Part shown: positions 37,294 through 47,114 of the stretch, piece after piece
How the letters are laid out: each line of letters starts with the position of its first letter
How positions within the stretch are numbered: the stretch's first letter is position 1
From: an uncultured virus (IMG/VR IMGVR_UViG_3300032268_000759)
Taxonomy: Duplodnaviria > Heunggongvirae > Uroviricota > Caudoviricetes
Reading direction: 5' to 3' (one strand)
Virus record (IMG/VR): IMGVR_UViG_3300032268_000759
Coordinates: 64,001 to 128,000 of that record
DNA: 64,000 nucleotides
Translations under genes and position numbers: made by a program
Notes under the pieces: generated by a model
The model's database searches: none
Seen by the model: only the letters and a program-made list of their open reading frames with translations
What the model was told of the DNA's origin: nothing

Positions 37294-37351
37294 GGGAAGT
37301 AGTTACCTTTTAGAACCAATAATATTTATAACAAATAAATAACATAAGAAA

Positions 37352-37840
37352 ATGGCAGTATTAAACGCAAACGAAATATTTTTCACAGCATTTGAACCTA
37401 AACAACAGAATAGGTTTATAATGTATATCGATGGTGTTCCTTCTTACATGGTTAAAGGTGTAGGTGCAGTTACATTAACCCAAGAATCAATTAAATTAAA
37501 CCATATTAACGTTGCAAGATATGTTAAAGGTAAATCAAATTGGGGTCCAATTACATTTACATTATTTGATCCAATCACTCCATCAGGAGCTCAATCAGTA
37601 ATGGAATGGGTACGTTTACATCATGAATCTGTAACTGGTCGTGACGGTTACTCAGATTTTTATAAAAAAGATTTAACATTTAATGTTTTAGGTCCAGTAG
37701 GTGATATTGTAAGTGAGTGGATTATTAAAGGAGCTTTAATCACAGATACAAACTTTGGTGAGTACAGCTGGGATAATGAATCAGCAGCTCAATCAATTAC
37801 AATGACAGTTCAACCTGATTACTGTGTGTTAAACTTCTAA
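37352..37840 (+). CDS. Tail tube protein
   Basis: Follows sheath; NRF, W..ITFTL.D, YKKD..., W.IKGA pattern of gp19-like tubes. Confidence 0.88.
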   Translation: MAVLNANEIFFTAFEPKQQNRFIMYIDGVPSYMVKGVGAVTLTQESIKLNHINVARYVKGKSNWGPITFTLFDPITPSGAQSVMEWVRLHHESVTGRDGYSDFYKKDLTFNVLGPVGDIVSEWIIKGALITDTNFGEYSWDNESAAQSITMTVQPDYCVLNF

Positions 37841-37874
37841 GAAATTACTTTTTCCGAAGTATACGAAGAAAGTT

Positions 37875-37908
37875 AGCTTGGCCTTTGGCCAGGCTTTCTT
37901 TATCTTAA
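37875..37908 (+). terminator. Terminator hairpin overlapping a Bacteroidota-type promoter
   Basis: AGCTTGGCC-TTT-GGCCAGGCT-TTCTTT; CTTG(37877)-N20-TATCTTAA. Confidence 0.7.
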
Positions 37909-37942
37909 TATTTATAATAAACAAAGTTATTAAATAAAATTT

Positions 37943-38680
37943 ATGAGTGAATTTAAATTTCCTACCGAAATGGTAGAGTTACCATCAAAGGGATTACCAT
38001 ACCCAGAATCAAATCCATTATCAGCAGGTAAGTTAGAAATGAAATACATGACTGCTAGAGAAGAGGATATTTTAACTAATCAATCATATATTCAACAAGG
38101 AGTTGTTTTAGATAAACTATTACAATCACTTATTGTAACTAAAATTGATTACAATGATCTATTAGTAGGTGATAAAAATGCAATTTTAATTGCAGCACGT
38201 ATTTTAGGTTATGGAAAAGATTATGCTTTTACTTATAAAGGTGAAGATGTAGTAGCTGATTTATCTACATTAGATAATAAAGTAATTGATGAAACATTAT
38301 TTACTAAAGGTAAAAATGAATTTACATTTAAAGTACCTTCAACAAGTGATATTATTACTTTTAAATTATTAACTCATGGTGATGAATTATCTATGGATCG
38401 TGAATTAGCTGGTCTAAAGAAAATTAACCAATCACCAGAAGTATCAATGCGTTTAAAATATACTATATTATCAATTAATGGTAATAATGATCCTAAAAAT
38501 GTTAGAGAATATGTAGATACTTACTTATTAGCGCGAGACGCTCGAGCATTACGTGAGTATATTAAGACAATACAACCTGACGTTAACTTAACGACTTCCA
38601 TTGAAACATTAAACGGCTTAGTGGAGGAAGTCAATATACCTATTGGTCTTAACTTTTTTTGGCCTGACCTTGGAGTATAG
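37943..38680 (+). CDS. Tail/baseplate-hub assembly chaperone (T4 gp26-like)
   Basis: VELPSKG, MTAREEDIL, L..GD...L..AR, ends NFFWP; located between tube and tape measure genes. Confidence 0.7.
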   Translation: MSEFKFPTEMVELPSKGLPYPESNPLSAGKLEMKYMTAREEDILTNQSYIQQGVVLDKLLQSLIVTKIDYNDLLVGDKNAILIAARILGYGKDYAFTYKGEDVVADLSTLDNKVIDETLFTKGKNEFTFKVPSTSDIITFKLLTHGDELSMDRELAGLKKINQSPEVSMRLKYTILSINGNNDPKNVREYVDTYLLARDARALREYIKTIQPDVNLTTSIETLNGLVEEVNIPIGLNFFWPDLGV

Positions 38681-38954
38681 AGTATTTCTATTTTCTCAAA
38701 TTCATGAAATAATATTTCACGGAGGTGGTGGTTATGATTATAGTACAGTATATAACATGCCTATATGGTTACGTAAATTTACATTTAGTAAATTAAGAGA
38801 CCATTTTGATAAACAAAACCCAGACAATAACACAGATGATATTGTAGCTAAATCAAAAGCTGCAATGAGAATGGGAGCTAATGATGGAGTTGCTCCAAAA
38901 GTTAATGTTCCAACATATGTAACTAAAGCATCAAAGGCGTCACAACAAAAGTGA
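38652..38954 (+). CDS. Probable frameshift extension of the tail chaperone (GT-like)
   Basis: Overlaps the upstream gene in the +1 frame across a T7 run; no convincing start of its own; YNMPIWLRK motif. Confidence 0.6.
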   Translation, partial: TFFGLTLEYRVFLFSQIHEIIFHGGGGYDYSTVYNMPIWLRKFTFSKLRDHFDKQNPDNNTDDIVAKSKAAMRMGANDGVAPKVNVPTYVTKASKASQQK

Positions 38955-38961
38955 TGCCTTT
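38933..38961 (+). terminator. Hairpin/terminator
   Basis: AAAGGCGTCAC/GTGATGCCTTT. Confidence 0.6.
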
Positions 38962-38985
38962 AATATTTATAATAAAATATACTAA

Positions 38986-41127
38986 ATGGCTGATCCAAAT
39001 CAAAATATAAGAGACGGTAAAAAAGATCTTAATGAAATAAGTGCTATTGTTGGTGCATTAGACGATGGATTTCAATCGTTAACTTCCCGATTAACTGATT
39101 TAGCAGAAGGATTATCTAATATAGTTGATGATGCTAGAGCATTCTCCAGAGTACAAAAAGATACAATATCTACATTAAATAAATTAGCTAAAACTAATGA
39201 AAAATTAATTAAAAATCAAATTGATTTAAATAATGGTCAGTTATCATCTAAAAAAATAAATGAACAAATAAATGAAATAACAGCTACAAGAGAAGTTCTT
39301 AATCAAAGATTAAATAATTTATTAGCAAAACAAACTCAGAACTTAGTATTATCTCTAAATGAATTAGATGAAATAAAAACTTTACAAGAAGGTATAGCTG
39401 AAATAACAGGAGAAGTAACAGATAATTATAAGAATCAATTAAATTTTGCTAAAGAAATTGAAAAAAGAGCTGGAGGATTTCAAAAATTAGCAGGAGTAGT
39501 CAAATCAATTCCTGGTCTAAAAGGATTAGCTGGACCATTTCAAGATGCTGCTGATTCAGCTGCTAAAGCAGCCGCCAGTGGAAAAAGTACTTTCCAGATA
39601 TTTAAAGCAGGAGCTGGGGGATTAATGTCATTCCTTAAAGGTCCAATTTGGATAACTGCTTTAGTTACAGCAGCAAAATTCTTTTTAGATGCTATGTTTG
39701 ATGCTGATAAACGTGTCACAGATATAGCTAAGAATTTTTCAATATCTAAAGACAGTGCTAGAGCTCAATATGAGGTTTTAAAATCCTCAAAAACAGTTTT
39801 AACATCAATTTTAGACTCAACTAAAAATATAACTGAAGCTTTTAATGAGTTAGCTTCTTTATCTGATTTTGTATATCAAGCTTCATTTAAACAACTTGAT
39901 ACTCAAATACAATTAACTAAGGAAATAGGTATTCAAGCTGAAGAGGCTATTCAACTTCAACAATTATTTGTCTTAAATAATAATGAATCTGATAAAGGAT
40001 TAGATATAATATATGATCAAATAGCAGCTTTTGCTAATCAGAATAAAATAGTAGCTGATGGTAGAAAAATTATAGCAGATGTAAATAGACTAAGTGGTCT
40101 AATAAAACTTAATTTTAGAGGTAACACAGGTGAAATAGTTAAAACAGTTTTAGAAGCTAAAAAATTAGGTTTAACATTAGATCAAGTAGCCAAAACTCAA
40201 AGTTCATTATTAGATTTTGAATCATCAATCTCAGCCCAAATAGAAGCTGAGTTATTAACTGGAAGACAAATTAATTTAGAAAGAGCTAGATTATTTGCTT
40301 TAAATAATGATATAGCAGGTTTAACTGAAGAAATAGCTAATCAAAATATTACTGCTGCTTCATTTAGTAGAATGAATGCTATACAACAAGAATCTATAGC
40401 TAAAACATTAGGAATGAGTGCTAATGAATTAGGTGATACTTTATATAAGCAAGAATTAATAAACAAAGCTGGAGGTCAGGAATTAAAAAATAAACGTGAA
40501 ACTATTAAATTATTAGAATCACAAGGTAAATTAAGTGAAGCAGCACGTTTACAACAAGAATTAACAGCATTAGAAGGAGGATTATTACGTGGTGAAGCTT
40601 TAGAGGATGCTCAAAAATCATTAGATGCTCAAACTAAATTTGAAGCTTCATTAGAAAGAGCAAAAGAAATATTCTCTGATCTTGTTGATGGTGGAGCAAT
40701 AGATAAACTATCAGACTTTATTATAAAATTTGCTAACGCTTTATCATCAGGACAATCATTAGCTAGTATATTGCTTCGTGGACCAAAAAGTGAAAATAAA
40801 GAAGAGAGACAAAATCGTCAAATGTCATCTTTAGGTGTATCTCAATCTGAGATTAAACAAATACAAAAAGAAGAAGTCATAACAGCGGGTCCTGGTCCTA
40901 AATTTGCAGAGGGAGGAATTGTTAGAAAACCAATTTATAACGCTACTGTAGGTGAAGCTGGTCCTGAGGCTATTATACCACTAGATAAATTTGATGGATT
41001 TATGAAAAGTCAACAAGAAACTAATATGTTATTAAGACAATTAGTAAATAAATCAACAGATATAACACTTAACGGTGAAAGATTAACCAACGGCTTAGCT
41101 AAACAAACATATGCCTTAGGTTCATAA
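38986..41127 (+). CDS. Tape measure protein
   Basis: Long helical Ala/Leu-rich protein after the chaperone; C-terminal FAEGGIV...VGEAGPEAIIPL. Confidence 0.8.
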   Translation: MADPNQNIRDGKKDLNEISAIVGALDDGFQSLTSRLTDLAEGLSNIVDDARAFSRVQKDTISTLNKLAKTNEKLIKNQIDLNNGQLSSKKINEQINEITATREVLNQRLNNLLAKQTQNLVLSLNELDEIKTLQEGIAEITGEVTDNYKNQLNFAKEIEKRAGGFQKLAGVVKSIPGLKGLAGPFQDAADSAAKAAASGKSTFQIFKAGAGGLMSFLKGPIWITALVTAAKFFLDAMFDADKRVTDIAKNFSISKDSARAQYEVLKSSKTVLTSILDSTKNITEAFNELASLSDFVYQASFKQLDTQIQLTKEIGIQAEEAIQLQQLFVLNNNESDKGLDIIYDQIAAFANQNKIVADGRKIIADVNRLSGLIKLNFRGNTGEIVKTVLEAKKLGLTLDQVAKTQSSLLDFESSISAQIEAELLTGRQINLERARLFALNNDIAGLTEEIANQNITAASFSRMNAIQQESIAKTLGMSANELGDTLYKQELINKAGGQELKNKRETIKLLESQGKLSEAARLQQELTALEGGLLRGEALEDAQKSLDAQTKFEASLERAKEIFSDLVDGGAIDKLSDFIIKFANALSSGQSLASILLRGPKSENKEERQNRQMSSLGVSQSEIKQIQKEEVITAGPGPKFAEGGIVRKPIYNATVGEAGPEAIIPLDKFDGFMKSQQETNMLLRQLVNKSTDITLNGERLTNGLAKQTYALGS

Positions 41128-41159
41128 TATTTATAACAAACAAATTAAACAATACAACT

Positions 41160-41468
41160 ATGGGACTTCAAAACAAATTATTAACAGGTGGTTCTAATTT
41201 CACATTATGGGATGGCTCAGATCCTGCTATTAACCCATTAGCAACTAAACAATCACCATTACATGCTAAAAATGACCAGCCTAGTTATTCTTTAAATGGT
41301 AGTAATGCATCAGCTGTTATTACAGCTTATGGTGAATATGTAGATGGTGTACTTAATGCGATTCCTCAACCTTCACAATTAGATTTAAATGGTATAACAC
41401 CATCAAAATACTCAGATAATTTACCTGAAGGTGGAATTAGTGATAGAGCACTTGATATTACAGGGTAA
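41160..41468 (+). CDS. Hypothetical virion protein
   Basis: ORF after a late motif in the tail module. Confidence 0.6.
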   Translation: MGLQNKLLTGGSNFTLWDGSDPAINPLATKQSPLHAKNDQPSYSLNGSNASAVITAYGEYVDGVLNAIPQPSQLDLNGITPSKYSDNLPEGGISDRALDITG

Positions 41469-41481
41469 TCAAATTAACTAA

Positions 41482-43290
41482 ATGGGTTTATTAAATTTAC
41501 AAACAAATCTTAAATCCTTAAAGTACGGCAAAGATAGACCTGGTGGTGGTTCAAGCAACCAACCTTATATTATTACAGATATACCATCAGGAACTTCAAC
41601 TTTATCTAACTACGATAATGATTTCATTTTACGAGGAGGCATTTTAGCCGGTTCTCGTACGGCTCAAGATGTGTCTCGATTAACTCAAATGTTTGTTGAT
41701 ACAAAATCACCTAATGGGTTATTATTCACTATTAAACAAAATGCTTTAACTAGATTAGGAGTTAGGACACAAGCTGGAGGACAAGAAATATATTTACCCA
41801 CTAGTACATTAGCACAAGCTGGTGTAAATGCTTTTGGTTTACATCTTTATAAACAAGGTGTAAATCCATTTCCTGATTTTAGCCTTGGTGGAATAGATAT
41901 AGACCTACCAGGTAATATAAGAACATATTCTCAAGTAGTTAAAAGTAGTCAAGAGGCAAATAATAATAGACTATATAACTTAACTAATACTAAAATATAT
42001 GGTAACATTGTTAATTTATCTGCATTAAATAATAATGTTTCTTTAAATCCTAATTTTTTAATTTCATATGGTGGAGGCCCAGGTTCTGTTTTAGGTATAG
42101 GTCCTACTAATATAAAATTAGCTGATAATACTATAACTAAAGGAAGTGGAGATGAATTTTATAACTATGCTAATAGTACTTTTAGTACATTACCTTATTA
42201 TTTATTAAGTAAAGCTAGTGAAGTAAATGGAATTAAAGGATTAACAGTTCCTTTTTCTCCTAAAATACAAGATTTTAGAAAAATTTTACAAGCAAAAATT
42301 TCTTCTATTATGTCTATATCACCTGAATATACAGGAAGTGCTGTTATAGAACAAAGAGTATTTTTAGGAAATCCAGGTCAAAGAGGAGATATTTCTAGTT
42401 ATGTTACTGGTAAAAAAGATTTTACTGGAAGAGTATTAGGCGCTTTAGATAAGATAACAGCCAAACCTCTTTATAGTTCACGATTGGTAGATCCAAATGA
42501 AACAAATGATTTAGTTAAATTTAGAATTGAAGCAATTGATAATGATGACCCAGGAAAATCTGTATTTATTCACTTTAGAGCATTTCTAAATAACTTTTCA
42601 GATGCATATAATGCTACTTGGAATTCTACTAAGTATGTTGGTAGAGGAGAAGAGTTTTATACTTATGGTGGTTTTAATAGAGGAATTTCTGTAGATTGGA
42701 CTGTAGCAGCCCAATCAAAAGATGAATTAATTCCAATGTATCAAAAACTAAATTACTTAGCATCTAACTTAACACCAGACTATAGTGCAAATGGTTATAT
42801 GAGAGGACCTATGATGAGATTAACTATTGGAGGATATTTATATTCTCAACCTGGTTTTATGACTAGTTTAACTTATACTATAGATGAATCAACTCCATGG
42901 GAAATAGGTATAAATAATACAAATGCTGGAAGTGATAACTCAGTAAAAGAATTATCTCATATTATAAAAGTATCTATGAATTATACACCAATTCATTCAT
43001 TTGTTCCTCGTAAACAAACTAATAAGTATGAAGGTGTTAAAACATTAGTTGGTCCAATAATAGATGGAAAAAAAGCTAATGAAGCATCTAGTATATCAGA
43101 ATTTGGTCCTGAACATTATATAGCATTAAACACAGGTAATCATAATAATTATGATAATGAACCTAATTATACTCCTACAGTAAAACCTGTAGAAGTACAA
43201 CCAATTCCAACTCCAACTCAACCACCACTAAAACAAGATCAAGAAGCTACATTCACTAATAATAACCCTAATAGATTTAAAGGATTCTAA
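41482..43290 (+). CDS. Putative baseplate/tube-initiator protein
   Basis: Position; C-terminal FRAF...W...YVGR.E....Y..F.R...P.MRLTIG pattern. Confidence 0.5.
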   Translation: MGLLNLQTNLKSLKYGKDRPGGGSSNQPYIITDIPSGTSTLSNYDNDFILRGGILAGSRTAQDVSRLTQMFVDTKSPNGLLFTIKQNALTRLGVRTQAGGQEIYLPTSTLAQAGVNAFGLHLYKQGVNPFPDFSLGGIDIDLPGNIRTYSQVVKSSQEANNNRLYNLTNTKIYGNIVNLSALNNNVSLNPNFLISYGGGPGSVLGIGPTNIKLADNTITKGSGDEFYNYANSTFSTLPYYLLSKASEVNGIKGLTVPFSPKIQDFRKILQAKISSIMSISPEYTGSAVIEQRVFLGNPGQRGDISSYVTGKKDFTGRVLGALDKITAKPLYSSRLVDPNETNDLVKFRIEAIDNDDPGKSVFIHFRAFLNNFSDAYNATWNSTKYVGRGEEFYTYGGFNRGISVDWTVAAQSKDELIPMYQKLNYLASNLTPDYSANGYMRGPMMRLTIGGYLYSQPGFMTSLTYTIDESTPWEIGINNTNAGSDNSVKELSHIIKVSMNYTPIHSFVPRKQTNKYEGVKTLVGPIIDGKKANEASSISEFGPEHYIALNTGNHNNYDNEPNYTPTVKPVEVQPIPTPTQPPLKQDQEATFTNNNPNRFKGF

Positions 43291-43292
43291 TA

Positions 43293-43592
43293 ATGAACAG
43301 ATATCAAAATATACCTATTGAAAAAACAAATGGAGGAAAACGAACTTATAAAACAGTTCGTTATCCTGATGTTCCTTTAACTGAAAATGATATATATGTT
43401 TATACTGTACAAGGTGATCGTTATGATATTTTAGCTCAACAATACTACTCAGATAGTTCACTATGGTGGGTAATATCTATTGCTAATGAACAATTAGCCC
43501 AAAACTCATTAATTATACCTGAAGGTATACAAATAAGAATCCCAGCAAATCCTGCTGCAGTGATAAGAACATTTAATAATATAAACTCTTAA
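43293..43592 (+). CDS. LysM-like baseplate wedge protein (gp53/gpX-like)
   Basis: TVQGDRYDILAQQYYSDSSLWWVI..AN...G.QIRIP. Confidence 0.8.
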   Translation: MNRYQNIPIEKTNGGKRTYKTVRYPDVPLTENDIYVYTVQGDRYDILAQQYYSDSSLWWVISIANEQLAQNSLIIPEGIQIRIPANPAAVIRTFNNINS

Positions 43593-43593
43593 T

Positions 43594-46446
43594 ATGAATA
43601 TAATAGGAGAAGGTTTTCATGAAAATATAATAACAGAGATTGATAGGAGACATAGAATCCATGGTTATAGAGCTAATCAAGGTATTAACTTTAATGAGTT
43701 TAGTGGTACTGTACCTAAAGTACTAGATTACTTAAATTCTAGAACAGGTTGGGTGAAAATGATATCATCAGTTGATATCAAAGATATCAATAACATTAAC
43801 TCTCCAGGCATTAAAGATCTAAGATTAGGTGGACCTGAATTAGCTAAAAAATTTATACTATTTAATGGTACAGGTGAATTAGGAAATTATAACTCTAGAG
43901 GAGGAGTAATGAATAAAGATTATGATACTGTTAATAATAAATCTGTTAATAATATATTAGCTCCAGGAAAAGCATATGGTATAGGAGATACAAAGTACTT
44001 TGGTCAATCACCTATGATGGGTATAACCTCAGTAAATGTTAAAACTGAAACTAGAGGTAGTTTAAAAACATCCACAATAGGAATTAAAGCTTGGAATAAG
44101 GTTCAATTTGATATTATTGACAATTTATATTTAAGATTAGGATATAATGTTTTATTAGAATGGGGTTATTCTCATTATTTTAAAGACAACAATTTAACTC
44201 AATTAGAATCTAATGATATTACACTTGAAACAGAATATTTTAGTGGAAAAAATTACTATAATTTATTAAATTTAGTTCAAGAAAAACGAATTAAATCATA
44301 TGGTAATTATGATGCATTATTAGGTAGAGTAGTTAATTTTAACTGGTCATTTAATACTGATGGTAGTTATGATATTGTTGTAATATTAAGAAGTCAAGGA
44401 GATGTTATTGAATCTTTAAAAGCAAATGCATTATTAACTCCTAAACCAACATTTAATGAGTTTTTAGCAAATAATGGTGTGAACCCAAACACCATTATAG
44501 GAAATACACCCACAGATAAAATATTAAACAATAAACCAACTCAAGATATAGAAACCATAGATCAATCTACTGAATTAGGTAAATTATATGTTAAATGTAA
44601 AACAATTTTAGAAGCATCTAATAATCCATCTAAAGCAGGATGTAAAGTTGATGTTTATAATTTAGGTGATAAGGATATAATGCGACAAGAGTTTAAAGAT
44701 CTTGGTAAACCTTTATATTACATTCGTTTAGGTTCATTATTTAAATGGATAGAAGAAGACTTAGTTCCCAAACTAAAATTAGATGTTGACTACTCTCCTA
44801 TTATTAAATTTGATTATAATACAGAAAATAATTTAATATACACACTATCATCAGATTATTCTTGGAGTTCAGACCCAACAACATGTTTAGTTAAAGGTAA
44901 TGTAGTTTTAAATGAAAAATATTACACTATAGCTAATGAAGCAGCTGATTTCAGAAAAGAAATAGCTGGCTCACAAGCTGGTCAAATAATGAATATTTAT
45001 TTAAATTTTGATTCTTTATTAAGTATATTTAATAGTAAAAATAGTGAAGGTAAAGTTACCTTAATTAAATTTTTACAAATGATATGTACTTCTATAAATT
45101 CATCTTTAGGTAATATTAATTCATTAGAACCTGCTGTAGATGAAACTAGTAATAAAATTATTATAATAGATCAAAATACTATTCCAAATAGAGATGGTAT
45201 TATCAAATTAGTATCACCCCAATCTAATACATCATTAGCAACATTTGAATTATTTGGGTATAATTTTAGTAATACAGGCTCAGTAAAAGGTAATTTTGTT
45301 CAAGATTTTTCATTAAAAACTAGTGTTACTCCACAGTTAGCAAGTATGATTACTATTGGAGCTACATCTCAAGGATTTGTTGTAGGAGAAGATGCTACAG
45401 CTTTATCAAGAATAAATAAAGGTTTAGAAGATAGGATTTCACCATATAAAGTAGAAGCAAATTACTCTTTTTTTAATACAACTCAATCATTAGAAACAAC
45501 ATATGCTAGATTTACTTCTCAAGCTAATGAATTAGCTAATTATATATCAATGTCATTTTCAATTGATAACAAAATACCTACTTTATCTAAAGTCTTAATA
45601 GAAGATATTAAAAATACATTACGTAATACTATTGAATTAGGAGAAGCATATTTTTCTATATCTCAATCTATAAGTAATAACATTTACAACTCTTCTAATA
45701 CTAATGGTTTTTTACCATTTAATTTATCTTTAACTATTGATGGATTATCTGGAATAAAAGTATATCAAAAGTTTACAGTAAATAATGATTACTTACCAAC
45801 TAATTATCCACAATCATTAGAATTTATTGTTACATCTATTAATAATACTATTCAAGATAATAAATGGACAACTCAAATTGAATCTTTAGCTTTACCTAAA
45901 GTTACTTCACAGGCTCAATTAAATAGAGGAACATTACCTAAATTAAATATAATTAGCTCTCTACAAACATCAAGTTCTACAGATACTACTAATAATTTAT
46001 TTACTTTAAATACTGATACTTTTAATAGATCTTCTTCAATTCAAGAGACTATAAGCTTTTTTAAAGGTAAAGGTCTTACTGCTCCACAAACAGCTGGAAT
46101 TATTGGTAACTTATTACAAGAATCAGGATTAACTCTTAATAAAAAACAAGATAATGGAGGCCCAGCATATGGTATAGCTCAGTGGGAACCACCAAGAAGA
46201 ACTGAATTAGAAAAAACTCCTGGATATAATTTAGTTTTGATATCTCAATTAGAATTTATTTGGAAAGAATTCAATTCAACAGAAAGAAAAGCTTTAACTA
46301 AATTAAAAGAAACCACTACAGCAGCAGATGCAGCTGATAAATTTGAAAAATACTTTGAACGTAGTGGCAAACCTCAATCTAAAAACAGAATAGGTTATGC
46401 TAATGATATATTAAATAAAATAAACTTAGGCAAATATACTTGGTAA
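43594..46446 (+). CDS. Baseplate hub protein with C-terminal tail lysozyme domain
   Basis: AGIIGNLLQESG, YGIAQW, QLEFIWKE, FEKYFER, RIGYA. Confidence 0.75.
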   Translation: MNIIGEGFHENIITEIDRRHRIHGYRANQGINFNEFSGTVPKVLDYLNSRTGWVKMISSVDIKDINNINSPGIKDLRLGGPELAKKFILFNGTGELGNYNSRGGVMNKDYDTVNNKSVNNILAPGKAYGIGDTKYFGQSPMMGITSVNVKTETRGSLKTSTIGIKAWNKVQFDIIDNLYLRLGYNVLLEWGYSHYFKDNNLTQLESNDITLETEYFSGKNYYNLLNLVQEKRIKSYGNYDALLGRVVNFNWSFNTDGSYDIVVILRSQGDVIESLKANALLTPKPTFNEFLANNGVNPNTIIGNTPTDKILNNKPTQDIETIDQSTELGKLYVKCKTILEASNNPSKAGCKVDVYNLGDKDIMRQEFKDLGKPLYYIRLGSLFKWIEEDLVPKLKLDVDYSPIIKFDYNTENNLIYTLSSDYSWSSDPTTCLVKGNVVLNEKYYTIANEAADFRKEIAGSQAGQIMNIYLNFDSLLSIFNSKNSEGKVTLIKFLQMICTSINSSLGNINSLEPAVDETSNKIIIIDQNTIPNRDGIIKLVSPQSNTSLATFELFGYNFSNTGSVKGNFVQDFSLKTSVTPQLASMITIGATSQGFVVGEDATALSRINKGLEDRISPYKVEANYSFFNTTQSLETTYARFTSQANELANYISMSFSIDNKIPTLSKVLIEDIKNTLRNTIELGEAYFSISQSISNNIYNSSNTNGFLPFNLSLTIDGLSGIKVYQKFTVNNDYLPTNYPQSLEFIVTSINNTIQDNKWTTQIESLALPKVTSQAQLNRGTLPKLNIISSLQTSSSTDTTNNLFTLNTDTFNRSSSIQETISFFKGKGLTAPQTAGIIGNLLQESGLTLNKKQDNGGPAYGIAQWEPPRRTELEKTPGYNLVLISQLEFIWKEFNSTERKALTKLKETTTAADAADKFEKYFERSGKPQSKNRIGYANDILNKINLGKYTW

Positions 46447-46448
46447 AT

Positions 46449-47048
46449 ATGTATTATCCAAAATCTCAAATAGTAACAAATAAATATACTAATGGACAAG
46501 AATTTGTATTAATTAGTAATAATCAAGAATATATTGGTTATTATTGGGAGACATCTGATAGTAAATTTTACACAGGCAAAACTCCTAATGATATTAATGT
46601 TGTTGAACTAAAAAAATTCACCACAACTGATCCATTATTATTATCTAATCAAAATGTTGTTTCTTATAATAATATATTATCTAATGACACATATAATATT
46701 CTTAAACAAGTAGATAACAAAAAAGTATTACTCACACCAATCTACTATCAATCACAACCCACCCAACAAGACTATCAAATAGGTGAATTTAGGAGATATT
46801 TTGTCAAAAAAATAAATGAAATACTTTATATTGAAGTTAGTAAAGATACATTTGAAAATATAATAAATAGAAACCCACAATGGTTATATCAATATTACAC
46901 AGCATTTAATATACCTTGGACAATCTCAGGAGATGAATCTACTATTGCTCAAACAAATAAACGTATTGTTGGTATAACTATGCAACGTCTTGATTTACCT
47001 AAATTTAATTTATATTTACGAGATGATTATACAAAATTTTATAAGTAG
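46449..47048 (+). CDS. Hypothetical protein (baseplate region)
   Basis: Start moved to ATG 46449. Confidence 0.65.
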   Translation: MYYPKSQIVTNKYTNGQEFVLISNNQEYIGYYWETSDSKFYTGKTPNDINVVELKKFTTTDPLLLSNQNVVSYNNILSNDTYNILKQVDNKKVLLTPIYYQSQPTQQDYQIGEFRRYFVKKINEILYIEVSKDTFENIINRNPQWLYQYYTAFNIPWTISGDESTIAQTNKRIVGITMQRLDLPKFNLYLRDDYTKFYK

Positions 47049-47058
47049 ATTTCTTTAA

Positions 47059-47090
47059 CTTGGTTTTACATCTTACTATTGTTATTTTTA
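47059..47090 (+). promoter_or_regulatory. Bacteroidota-type promoter of the replication module
   Basis: CTTG-N20-TATTTTTA. Confidence 0.6.
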
Positions 47091-47114
47091 TAGCATAATA
47101 AAGGTTATAAGAAA

